From NCBI GenBank assembly GCA_964510205.1, contig CAZEBW010000012.1, positions 5,029 through 69,028 of the forward strand: a stretch of 64,000 bases of DNA, read 5' to 3'. Position numbers and translations under genes: made by a program. This DNA comes from an uncultured Anaerolineae bacterium. GTDB lineage: Bacteria > Chloroflexota > Anaerolineae > VGOG01. The notes under the pieces were generated by a model. That model was not told the origin of the DNA. It worked only from the letters and a program-made list of their open reading frames with translations, and ran no database searches. This document shows, piece after piece, positions 39,912 through 49,564 of this stretch; the stretch's first letter is position 1; every line of letters begins with the position of its first letter.

Positions 39912-40477
39912 GGCCGGGCTTCGGTTGGCGGTAAGTGGTAAACCGCTGGCCAGGCTGTCAGATCCGTCTGAATGGGGTGCGACCAGGTGATTGCCGATCG
40001 GGAGGAGTGGGAGGCGTGAGCGCAGTTCCACTCCTCCCGCCCACAGCGGGAGAGGTCGCTCCGTTGGCCTATGGAGAGGATACAGTTGTTGGGGGTAGCT
40101 CGATGCCCGGCACATAGGCTTCCGCCTGGATGGTCATGCTGCTGCGAACGGATAGAGAGGGTGCGTCGAGCGGGTGGAGGGGGTGGTCGTGTCCCGCGTT
40201 CCACGATTGGCATTCAGTATAGAACTAGTGTTCGCATTTGTCAACAGCCCTCGTGGGAGACGGGGGATGCATCCCAGAGGTACAAGATGTAGGGGGCGCC
40301 GTTGGCTACGACAACAACATGTTGTATCAAGGACACACTTATAGTTGTATCTATGGGAGGTGGTTCGCGTTGCCCCCAAACCAGTGTAGCCCGCGCTTGT
40401 GGGCCCAGGGATCGGTGGCCGTGCCATGCGTGACGGTCTCAGTCATCGGGGTTGCACGGTGACGCAGAGTGTCGGGT

Positions 40478-40620
40478 GCGAATGCGCAGGGGGGGGTATA
40501 TACCGGGGGTATAGGGCGCGTATACCAAAAGGTATAGGGGGGGGTATAGGGCGACTACGTAGAAGGGTATAGGGGGGTATAGGCGAGCATACGTCAAAGG
40601 GTAGAGAAAGAATCTACCGG
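40478..40620. repeat. iteron-like GGGTATAGG direct repeats (putative origin)
   Basis: at least 7 copies of GG(G)TATA(G)GG within 140 bp, immediately upstream of a primase gene. Confidence 0.5.
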
Positions 40621-40737
40621 GTAGTATACGTACTTTTGGCCAAAGTTATACTGTAAGGTAGACGCGGTTTCACGCGAATTCTGATATAATAGACAGCGAA
40701 CGTATCAACGCCGAGACAGACGCGAAAGGAGCCAACG

Positions 40738-40980
40738 ATGAACGGGAACGAAAGCACGTGCTGGGAGACGACCGACCTCTACCTGGTGGCTGCCCTGCGC
40801 TGCCGAGGCCACCAACTCCTCGACATCCGCCCAGGGGCCCGTCGGGCCACCTTCCTGCTGGAGGATTCCCCTGCTCTGCAGGAGGACATCAAAGCCTACT
40901 TCACCCGCAACCTTCACCTGGAAGCCATGGCCTACGCTGCCTCCATCAAGGACACCAAAGCCGCCATCTTCAACACCTAG
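40738..40980 (+). CDS. small hypothetical protein
   Basis: 80 aa; AAAGGAG RBS; TGaTATAAT extended -10 upstream. Confidence 0.45.
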   Translation: MNGNESTCWETTDLYLVAALRCRGHQLLDIRPGARRATFLLEDSPALQEDIKAYFTRNLHLEAMAYAASIKDTKAAIFNT

Positions 40981-41006
40981 CCCCAGCGCCCGGCAAGGAG
41001 CCAGAG

Positions 41007-43598
41007 ATGCGATACGATGACCTCAAGGAGCGGGTGCGGGACGCTAGTGCCATCGAAGAGGTGGTGGCCGAGACCGTGTCCTTGCCCGCTCGAAAGAGTC
41101 CCCAGGGATACAAGGTCCGCTGCCCCTTTCACGAGGACGCCCAGCCCAGCCTGCACGTCTACCCTCAAAGCGAGAGCTGGTGGTGCTACGGATGCCAGCG
41201 CGGCGGCGACGTCTTCGACTGGGTGCAGTGTAGGGATGGGGTGGATTTCCCCCAGGCGGTGCGGACGCTGGCCGATCGGGCTGGCCTACACTGTCCACCG
41301 CGCACCGCCGAGCAGCAGTCAGCAGCTCTCAGACAGCGGGCCCTCCAGGACGTGCTGGCTCAGGCTGCAGCCTTCTATCACCAGGCCCTGATGAACACTG
41401 CCCCCATCAAACAGAGTCAACTGGATCGCGGCTTCAGCGAGGACACCCTGCGAGCCTTTCGGGTGGGCTACGCTGGCGCAGGCCGTCTACTAGCGCAGCA
41501 CCTGCGCCGCCAGGGCGTGGATGCAGGGCTGGCTCAGGAGGCCGGGCTGCTGTGGGACGACGGGCGAGACACCTTCACCCAGCGCATCATCTACCCCGTC
41601 CTCTCGCGGGGTCGCGTCGTCTACCTCACCGGCCGTGCCACCACCGAGAAGCAGGTGAGAGCTGGCAAGAAGTACTACCACCTGCGCGGCCCGCGCCCCC
41701 TGTTCCATCCCGACGCGCTGCGCGGGCAGGGGCCGCTGTTCCTGGTCGAGGGGCCCACCGACGTGTTGACCCTGCACCAGTGGGGAGGGCGGGCGGTAGG
41801 CCTGATGGGCCTGGGGAAGCTGTCGGATCGCGACCTCTCGATGATACGACGCGCCGAGACCGTCTACGTGGCCCTGGATAGCGACGAAGCGGGTCGGCGC
41901 CGCGCGGAGGAGCTGGCCCGAAGCATCGGGCCGCTGGCGCACGTCTTGGCCTGGCCTGAGGGTATCCAGGATGCTAACCACTACCTCACCACGGGCCACA
42001 CCGCCGAGGACTTCCAAGACCTGGTAGGCGGTGCCCCCACCCTGCTGGAGATGGACATCGCTCGCACCGCACAGCAGGAGGGAGCCAGGCAGGAAGCACA
42101 CCTCAAGCAGCTCTTCACCCAATTGACCGCACTCACTCCCTTCGCCCTGGCGCGCTACAAGACCCTGGTGGCCAGCAAGCTAGGGATCAAAGCGCGGGAG
42201 TTCAGCCGCCTGCTGAAGGCGGCGCAGGCGGCCCAGCAACTTCAGAACGGCCCTCCCCAGATCGTGGAAGGCCGCTACCGCCTCATCTCGCCGGCCCTGG
42301 ACTTCCTGGACGACGTGGCCTGGGTGACGGTGCCCCTCCTGGTGCAGCAGGGCGCGCGCTTCGAGCACCAGCCCTATCTGGTCACCAGCACGCGGGAGCT
42401 GCTGCCTCTCCAGGAGGGGACGGCCCTGGAGCTGGACGGCCGCTCGCTGGTGGTGCGGGAGTGGCCGTCGGCGTTGGGCCGCTCCCCCCGTTGGGAGTAC
42501 GGCCACATCCAAGCCTTCCTGCAGGGCGACACGCCCCAGCCCCAGGACGTCTTCGGTAGGGTACGCGCCCTGTACGACAAGTACCTGGACTTCCGCCATC
42601 CGCACACCGCCGACGTCCTGGCCCTGTGGGCCATGGGCACCTACCTGTATCCGTTGTTCGAGACCTATCCCTACATCGCCCTGATGGGGCCCAAGGGCAG
42701 CGGCAAGACCAAGACCATCAGCCTCACCGCCAGGCTGGCCTTCAACATGCGCGTCACCAGCGACATCTCCCCCAGCGCCCTGTTCCGTGTGGTGGAGGCC
42801 ACGCGGGCCACCTTGGGCATCGACGAGAGCGAGCGGCTGTCGCACGGCCGCGACGCCGTGGTCATGAACCTGCGCTTGCTTTTGAACGCCGGCTACAAGC
42901 GGGGCTCGCCGGCCCTGCGCATCGAGGGGGAGGACTTCAAGGTGCGGGAGTTCGAGGTGTACGGGCCCAAGATCCTGGCCAGCATCCGCGGTCTGGAGGA
43001 CGTCTTGGAGAGCCGCTGCATCCTGATCACCATGCTGCGCACCACGACGTCGAAGGGCAACCTGACCATCTCCGAGTCGGGGGAGGACTGGGCTGGGGTG
43101 CGGCACGAGCTGTACAGCCTGGCCCTGACCCACCACGGTGGTGTGCGATCTCTCTACGAGGGGGACGCCAGCCTACGCTTCCTGACCAATCGGGACAACG
43201 AGCTATGGCTGCCGCTGTTGTCGCTGGCCAAGCTGTTGGAGGAGCGGGGCGTGGCGGGGCTTCTGGAGCGGGTGAAGGCTTACGCCCTGGACAGCAGCCG
43301 GCAATCGGAGGGCAGCACCCTGTCCGATTGGGAGCAGGCCCTTCTCCTGGCGCTGCGTGAGCTCACCGAGTCCGAGGAGCGGTGCGATCTGACCACGGGG
43401 GCCATTCGCAAGGGGATGAGCCAGTTCCTGGAGTCGGGGGAGTGGGAGGAGCTGCGACCGCAGTGGATCGGCTACGCGCTAAAGCGGTTGGGCTTCAGCG
43501 ACAAGACCCGCCGTCGGAGGGGCAACGTCTATCATATCATCGGCCGCGAGGTGCGGGAGCTCATGGAGCGGTACGGGGTGGAAGTGCCGCTTGAATAG
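41007..43598 (+). CDS. DnaG-type primase (CHC2 zinc finger plus TOPRIM) fused to a C-terminal P-loop NTPase domain
   Basis: CPFHEDAQPSLHVY...WWCYGCQRGGDVFDW; TOPRIM LFLVEGPTDVLTL...VALDSDEAGRR; Walker A MGPKGSGKTKT; AAGGAG RBS. Confidence 0.8.
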   Translation: MRYDDLKERVRDASAIEEVVAETVSLPARKSPQGYKVRCPFHEDAQPSLHVYPQSESWWCYGCQRGGDVFDWVQCRDGVDFPQAVRTLADRAGLHCPPRTAEQQSAALRQRALQDVLAQAAAFYHQALMNTAPIKQSQLDRGFSEDTLRAFRVGYAGAGRLLAQHLRRQGVDAGLAQEAGLLWDDGRDTFTQRIIYPVLSRGRVVYLTGRATTEKQVRAGKKYYHLRGPRPLFHPDALRGQGPLFLVEGPTDVLTLHQWGGRAVGLMGLGKLSDRDLSMIRRAETVYVALDSDEAGRRRAEELARSIGPLAHVLAWPEGIQDANHYLTTGHTAEDFQDLVGGAPTLLEMDIARTAQQEGARQEAHLKQLFTQLTALTPFALARYKTLVASKLGIKAREFSRLLKAAQAAQQLQNGPPQIVEGRYRLISPALDFLDDVAWVTVPLLVQQGARFEHQPYLVTSTRELLPLQEGTALELDGRSLVVREWPSALGRSPRWEYGHIQAFLQGDTPQPQDVFGRVRALYDKYLDFRHPHTADVLALWAMGTYLYPLFETYPYIALMGPKGSGKTKTISLTARLAFNMRVTSDISPSALFRVVEATRATLGIDESERLSHGRDAVVMNLRLLLNAGYKRGSPALRIEGEDFKVREFEVYGPKILASIRGLEDVLESRCILITMLRTTTSKGNLTISESGEDWAGVRHELYSLALTHHGGVRSLYEGDASLRFLTNRDNELWLPLLSLAKLLEERGVAGLLERVKAYALDSSRQSEGSTLSDWEQALLLALRELTESEERCDLTTGAIRKGMSQFLESGEWEELRPQWIGYALKRLGFSDKTRRRRGNVYHIIGREVRELMERYGVEVPLE

Positions 43599-43693
43599 GG
43601 GAGGCGCGATGCCCTCGCCCGACGGTCACCCGAAAAGCCTACACCGCCGCAGGGTCTCCGAGCGCGTCCTGAAGGGTCTGTTAGCCTGTGGGA

Positions 43694-43766
43694 GGTGTAG
43701 GGTGTGTAGGGTTGTGTAGGCTTTGTAGGGTGTGTAGGCTTTTTGGGGAAGTACGATTTCATTTGC
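43694..43766. repeat. 73-bp inverted repeat, copy B (partner at 1804-1876)
   Basis: reverse complement near-identical to 1804-1876. Confidence 0.8.
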
Positions 43767-44225
43767 ATTTTGGGTGAAGGTGATGGTTGGGATGGCAGGC
43801 GTTGGACACCCTCCATTGATGTCGAATAGGAATGGATATGTCTTTGGTCTCTGTTTTCAAAGAAGAAAGACAAGCACAAGGGAAATCGCAGACAAATACC
43901 GCTGCACAGGGTTCGTGGTGGATACCGACTGACCCCATCGCTCACAGACGGCTGATTGCTGTCTTGGCCGAGATGGCGAAGTTTGTGCTAGACGCTCGCG
44001 AACAGGCGCCGCCCGAGTCGCCAGCCAAGGAGATGTCCGCAGATGACGCTGTGTCGTGAGGCATGAACCTTAAGAATCGAGCACCGCACGGCCCAAGCTG
44101 GAGGGGGATTGGGGGAAGGGGTGAGCGCTCCCTTGACACGTTGGCGTATTTGTGGTATAATATGGTTGTTAAGGTGTACGCGATAGCGTAAACCATACAT
44201 AAGTGTCATCAAGGTAGGAGCGGCA

Positions 44226-44429
44226 ATGAGTATGATCGTAGAGGAGAAGAGAATCTACGGGCCCAAAGAGGTAGCACAGATCCTGCAGCTATCGGAGCGG
44301 ACCATCCTGAGGCATCTGAAACAGGGAACGATTCCTGGCTTCAAGGTGGGAAGGAGATGGCGAGTCTATGGGCGCGACCTTCTCGCCCTCAACGAGTTAG
44401 AACAGTCTGAGGAAGAGCAAATGGCGTAA
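44226..44429 (+). CDS. excisionase-family HTH DNA-binding protein
   Basis: KEVAQILQLSERTILRHLKQGTIPGFKVGRRWRV matches the Xis-type HTH. Confidence 0.6.
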   Translation: MSMIVEEKRIYGPKEVAQILQLSERTILRHLKQGTIPGFKVGRRWRVYGRDLLALNELEQSEEEQMA

Positions 44430-44623
44430 GTACAGCGGGCCGTGCAGGTGCTAGAGACACCCACACGACCCTAACCCAATCGCTGACCACCGTTGCAGGC
44501 AACAGCAATCGGGCTGTGAATATGATACCATAGCCTGAGACCATAGTCAAGTATGGTGGCCTACCTGCATCGTCAGCGAGATGGATGCGGGTAGGCCACT
44601 TTCGTTTTGAGAGGAAGAAGACA

Positions 44624-44905
44624 ATGACGAGCAAGCGATACTGGCAGGACGACGAGATAGACTGGCGGTGGTTGAACCGCGCGGCCTGCGGGGTCGCCGG
44701 CAAGCTCTCAGACGACGAGAGAATCGTTGCCCAGTCATATTATCTGGGCGGCAAGCTGGCGGTCTTGAAGCGGCTGGCCGAGATGGGCGAGATCGAGGTG
44801 GACGAGAACGCCCAGGCCGCTGCCCAACAGTTTTCAGCATATCTGGCAGGGCGGCACCGCCGACACAGCAATTGGGCTCGGGGCCGCAAGTCGGCGAGTC
44901 ACTAG
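44624..44905 (+). CDS. hypothetical protein
   Basis: ORF with GAGGAAGA RBS; no motif. Confidence 0.3.
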   Translation: MTSKRYWQDDEIDWRWLNRAACGVAGKLSDDERIVAQSYYLGGKLAVLKRLAEMGEIEVDENAQAAAQQFSAYLAGRHRRHSNWARGRKSASH

Positions 44906-44917
44906 GAGGCTACCGAA

Positions 44918-45421
44918 ATGACTGAGAAAGCAGAGCGCTATCGGATTCATTCGCACATGACCCGCTCCCGATTCCTCCACGCGGAGGACGCTCTGGACAT
45001 CGGCAAGGTACGCTTGTTCAGCGGCGAATACGTCAAAGGTCAGGGGGCAAAGGCGACGGCAGCGCATTACGTGGACGTGGCCGATGCCAGGGTGCTATTC
45101 TCCGACATGGCCTGGGGGAGAGCGGTAGACTACATCGAGTACAAAGGCACGGCCAACGGCGGGCAGCCCACAAGTCGGGTGCTGAAAGTGCGAACCAACG
45201 GCGAGAAGGTGTGGTTCAGGCTGGAGAATGGCCCTGGTGAGGTTGTGGGCGAGGGGGCGGTCAAGCCGAAGGGGGATGCCGATGTGGTTGTCAATGTCCC
45301 CTTCACCGTCTGGGAAGCTCGACGGTTGGCCTTTGCGGTGCTGGCTCATTTAGACGCCTGGGAGACAGTGACCTTCTGGGAGAGAACGGGGAGGGAAGGG
45401 GGTGATGCGTTTGAGTGTTGA
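44918..45421 (+). CDS. hypothetical protein
   Basis: 167-aa ORF. Confidence 0.4.
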   Translation: MTEKAERYRIHSHMTRSRFLHAEDALDIGKVRLFSGEYVKGQGAKATAAHYVDVADARVLFSDMAWGRAVDYIEYKGTANGGQPTSRVLKVRTNGEKVWFRLENGPGEVVGEGAVKPKGDADVVVNVPFTVWEARRLAFAVLAHLDAWETVTFWERTGREGGDAFEC

Positions 45422-45583
45422 AGTCAAGCGGGAGGACCTTCATCTGGTCGAGTGCGAAAGCCTGTGGAGCCTGCTTCGCCGCACCGTGCTGTACCGGCCC
45501 TTGGTGCTACGTCCCAAGGACGGAGTGCAGGTACAGTGCTGGCTGGCGAGGCTGTGGGATCTCATGATAGAGAGGAGGGAACG

Positions 45584-45829
45584 ATGATTTGTCTGCAGTG
45601 CCAACAGGAGATTGAGCTGGGGAAGCGAGTGTTTGTGATCCCCTTTCCAGCTTGTGCTGAGGATGCCTTTCTCTTCGCCCATCCGGGTTGCATGCCCAAC
45701 CTGGAGGGCAGGGAGAACGTCTTGGACGGCTACTACGTCGAAGGCAGCGAGCGCTTGTTCGTCCCTCGCGAGATGGTAGCAGCCTTGAAAGGGGAAGGGA
45801 ACAGCAAGGCGGCTAAGCCAAGAGCCTAG
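45584..45829 (+). CDS. small zinc-ribbon protein
   Basis: MICLQCQQ... ; GAGGAGGG RBS. Confidence 0.35.
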   Translation: MICLQCQQEIELGKRVFVIPFPACAEDAFLFAHPGCMPNLEGRENVLDGYYVEGSERLFVPREMVAALKGEGNSKAAKPRA

Positions 45830-45945
45830 CCGCCCCTAGAGGGAGCTCCTGTGTGTCCTGACGGGCTCCAGGGGCTCCCGCCTCTACTACAAGAGGTGCT
45901 GAGAGCGCAAAAAAGCTAGATTAGTAAGTATTGGAGGTATAGAAG

Positions 45946-48024
45946 ATGGAGCGAAGCTTTGATTTTGGCGGACGCATCAGACCCAAAGAGGAAGCGCCCT
46001 TGTCTTGGGCCAACTTGGTGGAGTTGCCCTGTGAGAAGATGGCCTTCGTCTATCAGCGACTGAGCTCCCACGAGCAGGTCAAGAAGTCCATCTACTCGAT
46101 CAAGCTTCAAGATGCACTGGCTGACCTCGCAAGGGAAGACGGCTACAAGGATGACCAAATCCATGTCGAATCGCGCGACCTGGGGGTCAGCGGCACAAAG
46201 GGGAGGGAGGAGCGCGAGGGCTTGGCCTATCTCATTGAACATATAGAGACTGACCAGGTAGAAGCCATCTACGTTGTACACATCAGTCGGCTATTTCGTG
46301 ACCAGACCCTCATAGATGCCTTCAGCTTCGGAGAGCTATGCAAAGCCCACGGTGTCATCATCGTCACGCCGCACATGCGACTGAATCTTCGCGATAGGAT
46401 GCACATGCGGATGTATCGTATGGAGGTCGAGCGAGCCGCCGACGAGTTAGAGTTGATGAAGGCCCGACTTGGGACCGCGAGGGATCTCAAGGCCCGACAG
46501 GGTTTCTACGCTGGCGAAGGTGTTCCACCGGGCTATGTGGTTGACTATAGAGAGGAAGTAGACGGGCAAACGAACCCTAACTACCAGAAGCTGAGACCGT
46601 ATGCTCCTCACGCCAAGGTCATTCGCTTCATGTTCCGCCTTGCCTGCCGGGGCAAGACACCTACCCAGGTCCTCCGCTGCTGCGAGCAGCAAGGAACTGT
46701 CTTCCCTCCGTTTCCACCGCGACTGGAGAATGGTACCAACCTAAAGGCGTTCCCTCGATTGAAGCGCAATCCTGATGGTAGCTGGCCTGCGACGGTGAGC
46801 AAGATACGCAGTATTCTGCAGAACCCTGCCTACATAGGTTGGCGGTTGTGGGAGGGAGAGGTAGTTGCTGTCGACAATCACGAGGCCATCGTAGAGGAGA
46901 CGACCTTTTGGGCCGTTCAAGAGCAGTTCAACAGTCGACCTCACCGGCCGAAGAAGGACAGGCCCCCACTGCCCTTGGGTGGTATCCTATACTGCGGTAA
47001 CCATGATTTGCCACGACGGATGATCTATGCTAATGGTCCGCAGGGGAAAGACGGAAGCTACCAATGTCGTTCTGACTATGAAACCGAAATCTGCTGCAAG
47101 ATCGCCGAGCGCATTCTAGACGATCCAATTTCCGAGGCCGTTGTCTCTCAATGCGCCTTCCCCGATACAGCTGAGGCCGTGCTGAGCAAGTTGACCCATG
47201 AGTACCAGCAAGCCAAGGAGCAGACGGCATCCTATCGGCGCGAGGCCAAACGCCTGGAGCGAGAGGTGGAGAACCTGGAGCACAACTTCTTCTTGAGGCT
47301 AACACCGGAGCGAGCAGCATGGACTGAGAGAGAGATCGCTGATCGCCAGAAACGCATCGCCGAACTGACGGATTTGACAAACACTCCGGCTGGCAAGGTA
47401 ATCGGACCGGTCGTCACAGAGGACGACGTTGAACTAGTGAAGGCGTTTCTGGCGGATCTGAGTACCGGTTGGGACTGTCAGCCCAACGATCTCAAGAACA
47501 CATTTCTCCAGCTTGTGCTCGACAGCGTTGTCATCTACCATGAGACGGCAACCATTCGGGCTCGCATCGTTTGGCAGACGGGTCTAGAGCAAGAGATATT
47601 GATACACCGTCCACCTGCCAACTCGCGCTCCCGCAACTGGACTGAGGCTGAACTTGCCATACTAAGAGAGCATTTTGAGACGGGGAGCATAGCCGAACTC
47701 ACGGCTATGTTGCCCATCCGATCTTGGCGGGCCATCAGTTTGAAGGCAAACAGCATGGGCCTACACCGTCCCGACATGGTCGGGGGCAGGGGGCATAGAG
47801 GCACCTTCTCGCGCTGGACAAAGGAAGAGGATGAAATTCTGCGTCAATACTACACGGGAGAAATCTTGCGGGAGGAGATGTTTGAGAGGCTGGACAGAAC
47901 ACCTGCTGGCATACTCAGGCGTGCACACAGGCTTGGCCTTGAACGCGACACCAGCGTCAAGTGGGAATGGTTGGACAAGGGTCTCACGGTTACAAAGCGT
48001 GGGCGGTCTGCGCTGCCACGGTAA
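45946..48024 (+). mobile_element. large serine recombinase (integrase)
   Basis: N-terminal resolvase domain with AFVYQRLSSHEQ (catalytic Ser), large recombinase domain, zinc ribbon, coiled coil; 692 aa. Confidence 0.9.
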
Positions 48025-49174
48025 CGACGAGGGCTTCGTTCAGCACCTCGACAGCCTGCCTGGCGGTTCCGGGTGAAAGCGCCTTCGCCAGCAGCCTCTC
48101 AAACCATCTTTGCAGCGAGGGGGTGTAGAGGATCAGGCCCAGGGTGGCAGCGAACGACAACTGGAAGCCCAGGTCCCACAGGGTTTGGGGATTGAGGAGG
48201 GTCATCAACGTGGCGGCGGCTATCAGCGAGGTGAGGGCCTCGGTCTGGCGGCCATAGTGGGTGGCGATGACGTAGAGGCAGCCCATGATCGCTGCTCGCA
48301 CCACGGCAGCCGAAGCTCCCACCAGGATGGTGTAAATGATGATGCCGGCGATGGCCACCGGCATGGCCCGCCGTTTGCCAAACAGGCGCGTACTGAGCTT
48401 GCTGAAGAGCCCTGAGATGATGGAGATGTTGAAGCCTGAGATGGCGATAATGTGGGTAGTGCCCGTGGCCGAGAAGGCTTCCATCAGGTTGGCGGGGATG
48501 CCCGTCTCGATTCCCAGGAGTATGCCCGTCAGCAGCGCGGCTTGGGGCTCGTGCAAGATGAGGGCGATGACGTTCTGGGCTCTTCTCTTGAAAGCCAAAA
48601 GCGCGCTTCTTAGAGGGCTGCCTCGGCCACGCTCTACGAGGGTGATTTGAGGACGCCATAAGACCGAGTAGATGCCCTGGCGAGCCAGATACTCTCGGTA
48701 GGAAAAGTCCTCTAGCTTTGGCGGAGTCTCCAGCAGGCCCTCGATATCGAGCCGGTCGCCGTAGTCGTACTGCGGATAGCGGGGAGCGCGCACCAGTACG
48801 ACGCCCGTCACTTTGTGCTCCTGACCCTCCATCTCTATCTTGGAGACCGCCACCCGCAGGTTGGTGTAGGTGTCGCGCACATCGGGCTCGCCGCTGACAA
48901 CGCCTTCGATCTGTACCCAGCCCTGGTCATTGTAGTGAGCTATGTGGTCTTCATCGAAATCCTGGAGAGGCGCAGTGGCGTTGAAACGCAGCGCGCCCAA
49001 CAGTAGGGCGAGGAGGCAAGCGCTGGCCAGACGGATGGGGCGTTCCCGCCACCAGAGGATGATGACGGCGGCGGGCAGTGCCGCTGCCAGCCAGATCAGT
49101 TCTGTCGGCACCTGGAGCACGGAGGCCAGGTAGATGCCCAGAAGCCAGGCGCTGCCGAGATAGGCGAGGATCAT
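47990..49174 (-). pseudogene. comEC: ComEC/Rec2 N-terminal fragment (DUF4131 plus competence domain), truncated at the recombinase gene
   Basis: HIIAISGFNISII competence-domain signature; ORF ends ...VVTVAAQTAHAL inside the serine recombinase 3' end; no metallo-beta-lactamase domain follows. Confidence 0.6.
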
Positions 49175-49455
49175 CTTTCAGGTCTTTCTATAGCCGGTGA
49201 GGCTGCAATGGATTTGGCGCGGTGGATGTGAAATTGGGCAGGCGTAGGAACCTGATGGGCTCAGCCTTGCACAGGATCCTCTTGCTAGTCTATTGTAGCA
49301 TATAAGCCCGTCTGGTGCAATTCAGGGTGGGCTGCGGACCAGCGCGTCAAGGGCATCAACGCCAGCACCAACAGTCTGGCAATGCACCCCCCTTGGCCGT
49401 ATGTGCACTTTATTTTACATCAAGAACTAGAATAGGCCAAGAGCGTCCTATAAAC

Positions 49456-49484
49456 TTGACGTCTGAGTGATTCTGTGGTATAAT
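49456..49484 (+). promoter_or_regulatory. sigma70 promoter
   Basis: TTGACG-17-TGgTATAAT upstream of the rhodanese gene. Confidence 0.5.
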
Positions 49485-49564
49485 TTCGCGCGCTTAGGTA
49501 TAGATGACCTGAATCTACGGTTACTCATATCGTCTAAACACGGGGAAAGGAGATCTATTCGACA

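Noticed and set aside
40478-40620. Possible second CRISPR-like array
   Set aside because: Units are about 9 bp with irregular spacing and no repeat-spacer alternation; better explained as iterons next to a primase gene
42180-43136. 318-aa minus-strand ORF
   Set aside because: Antisense to the primase gene; low-complexity Gly/Ala/Gln translation
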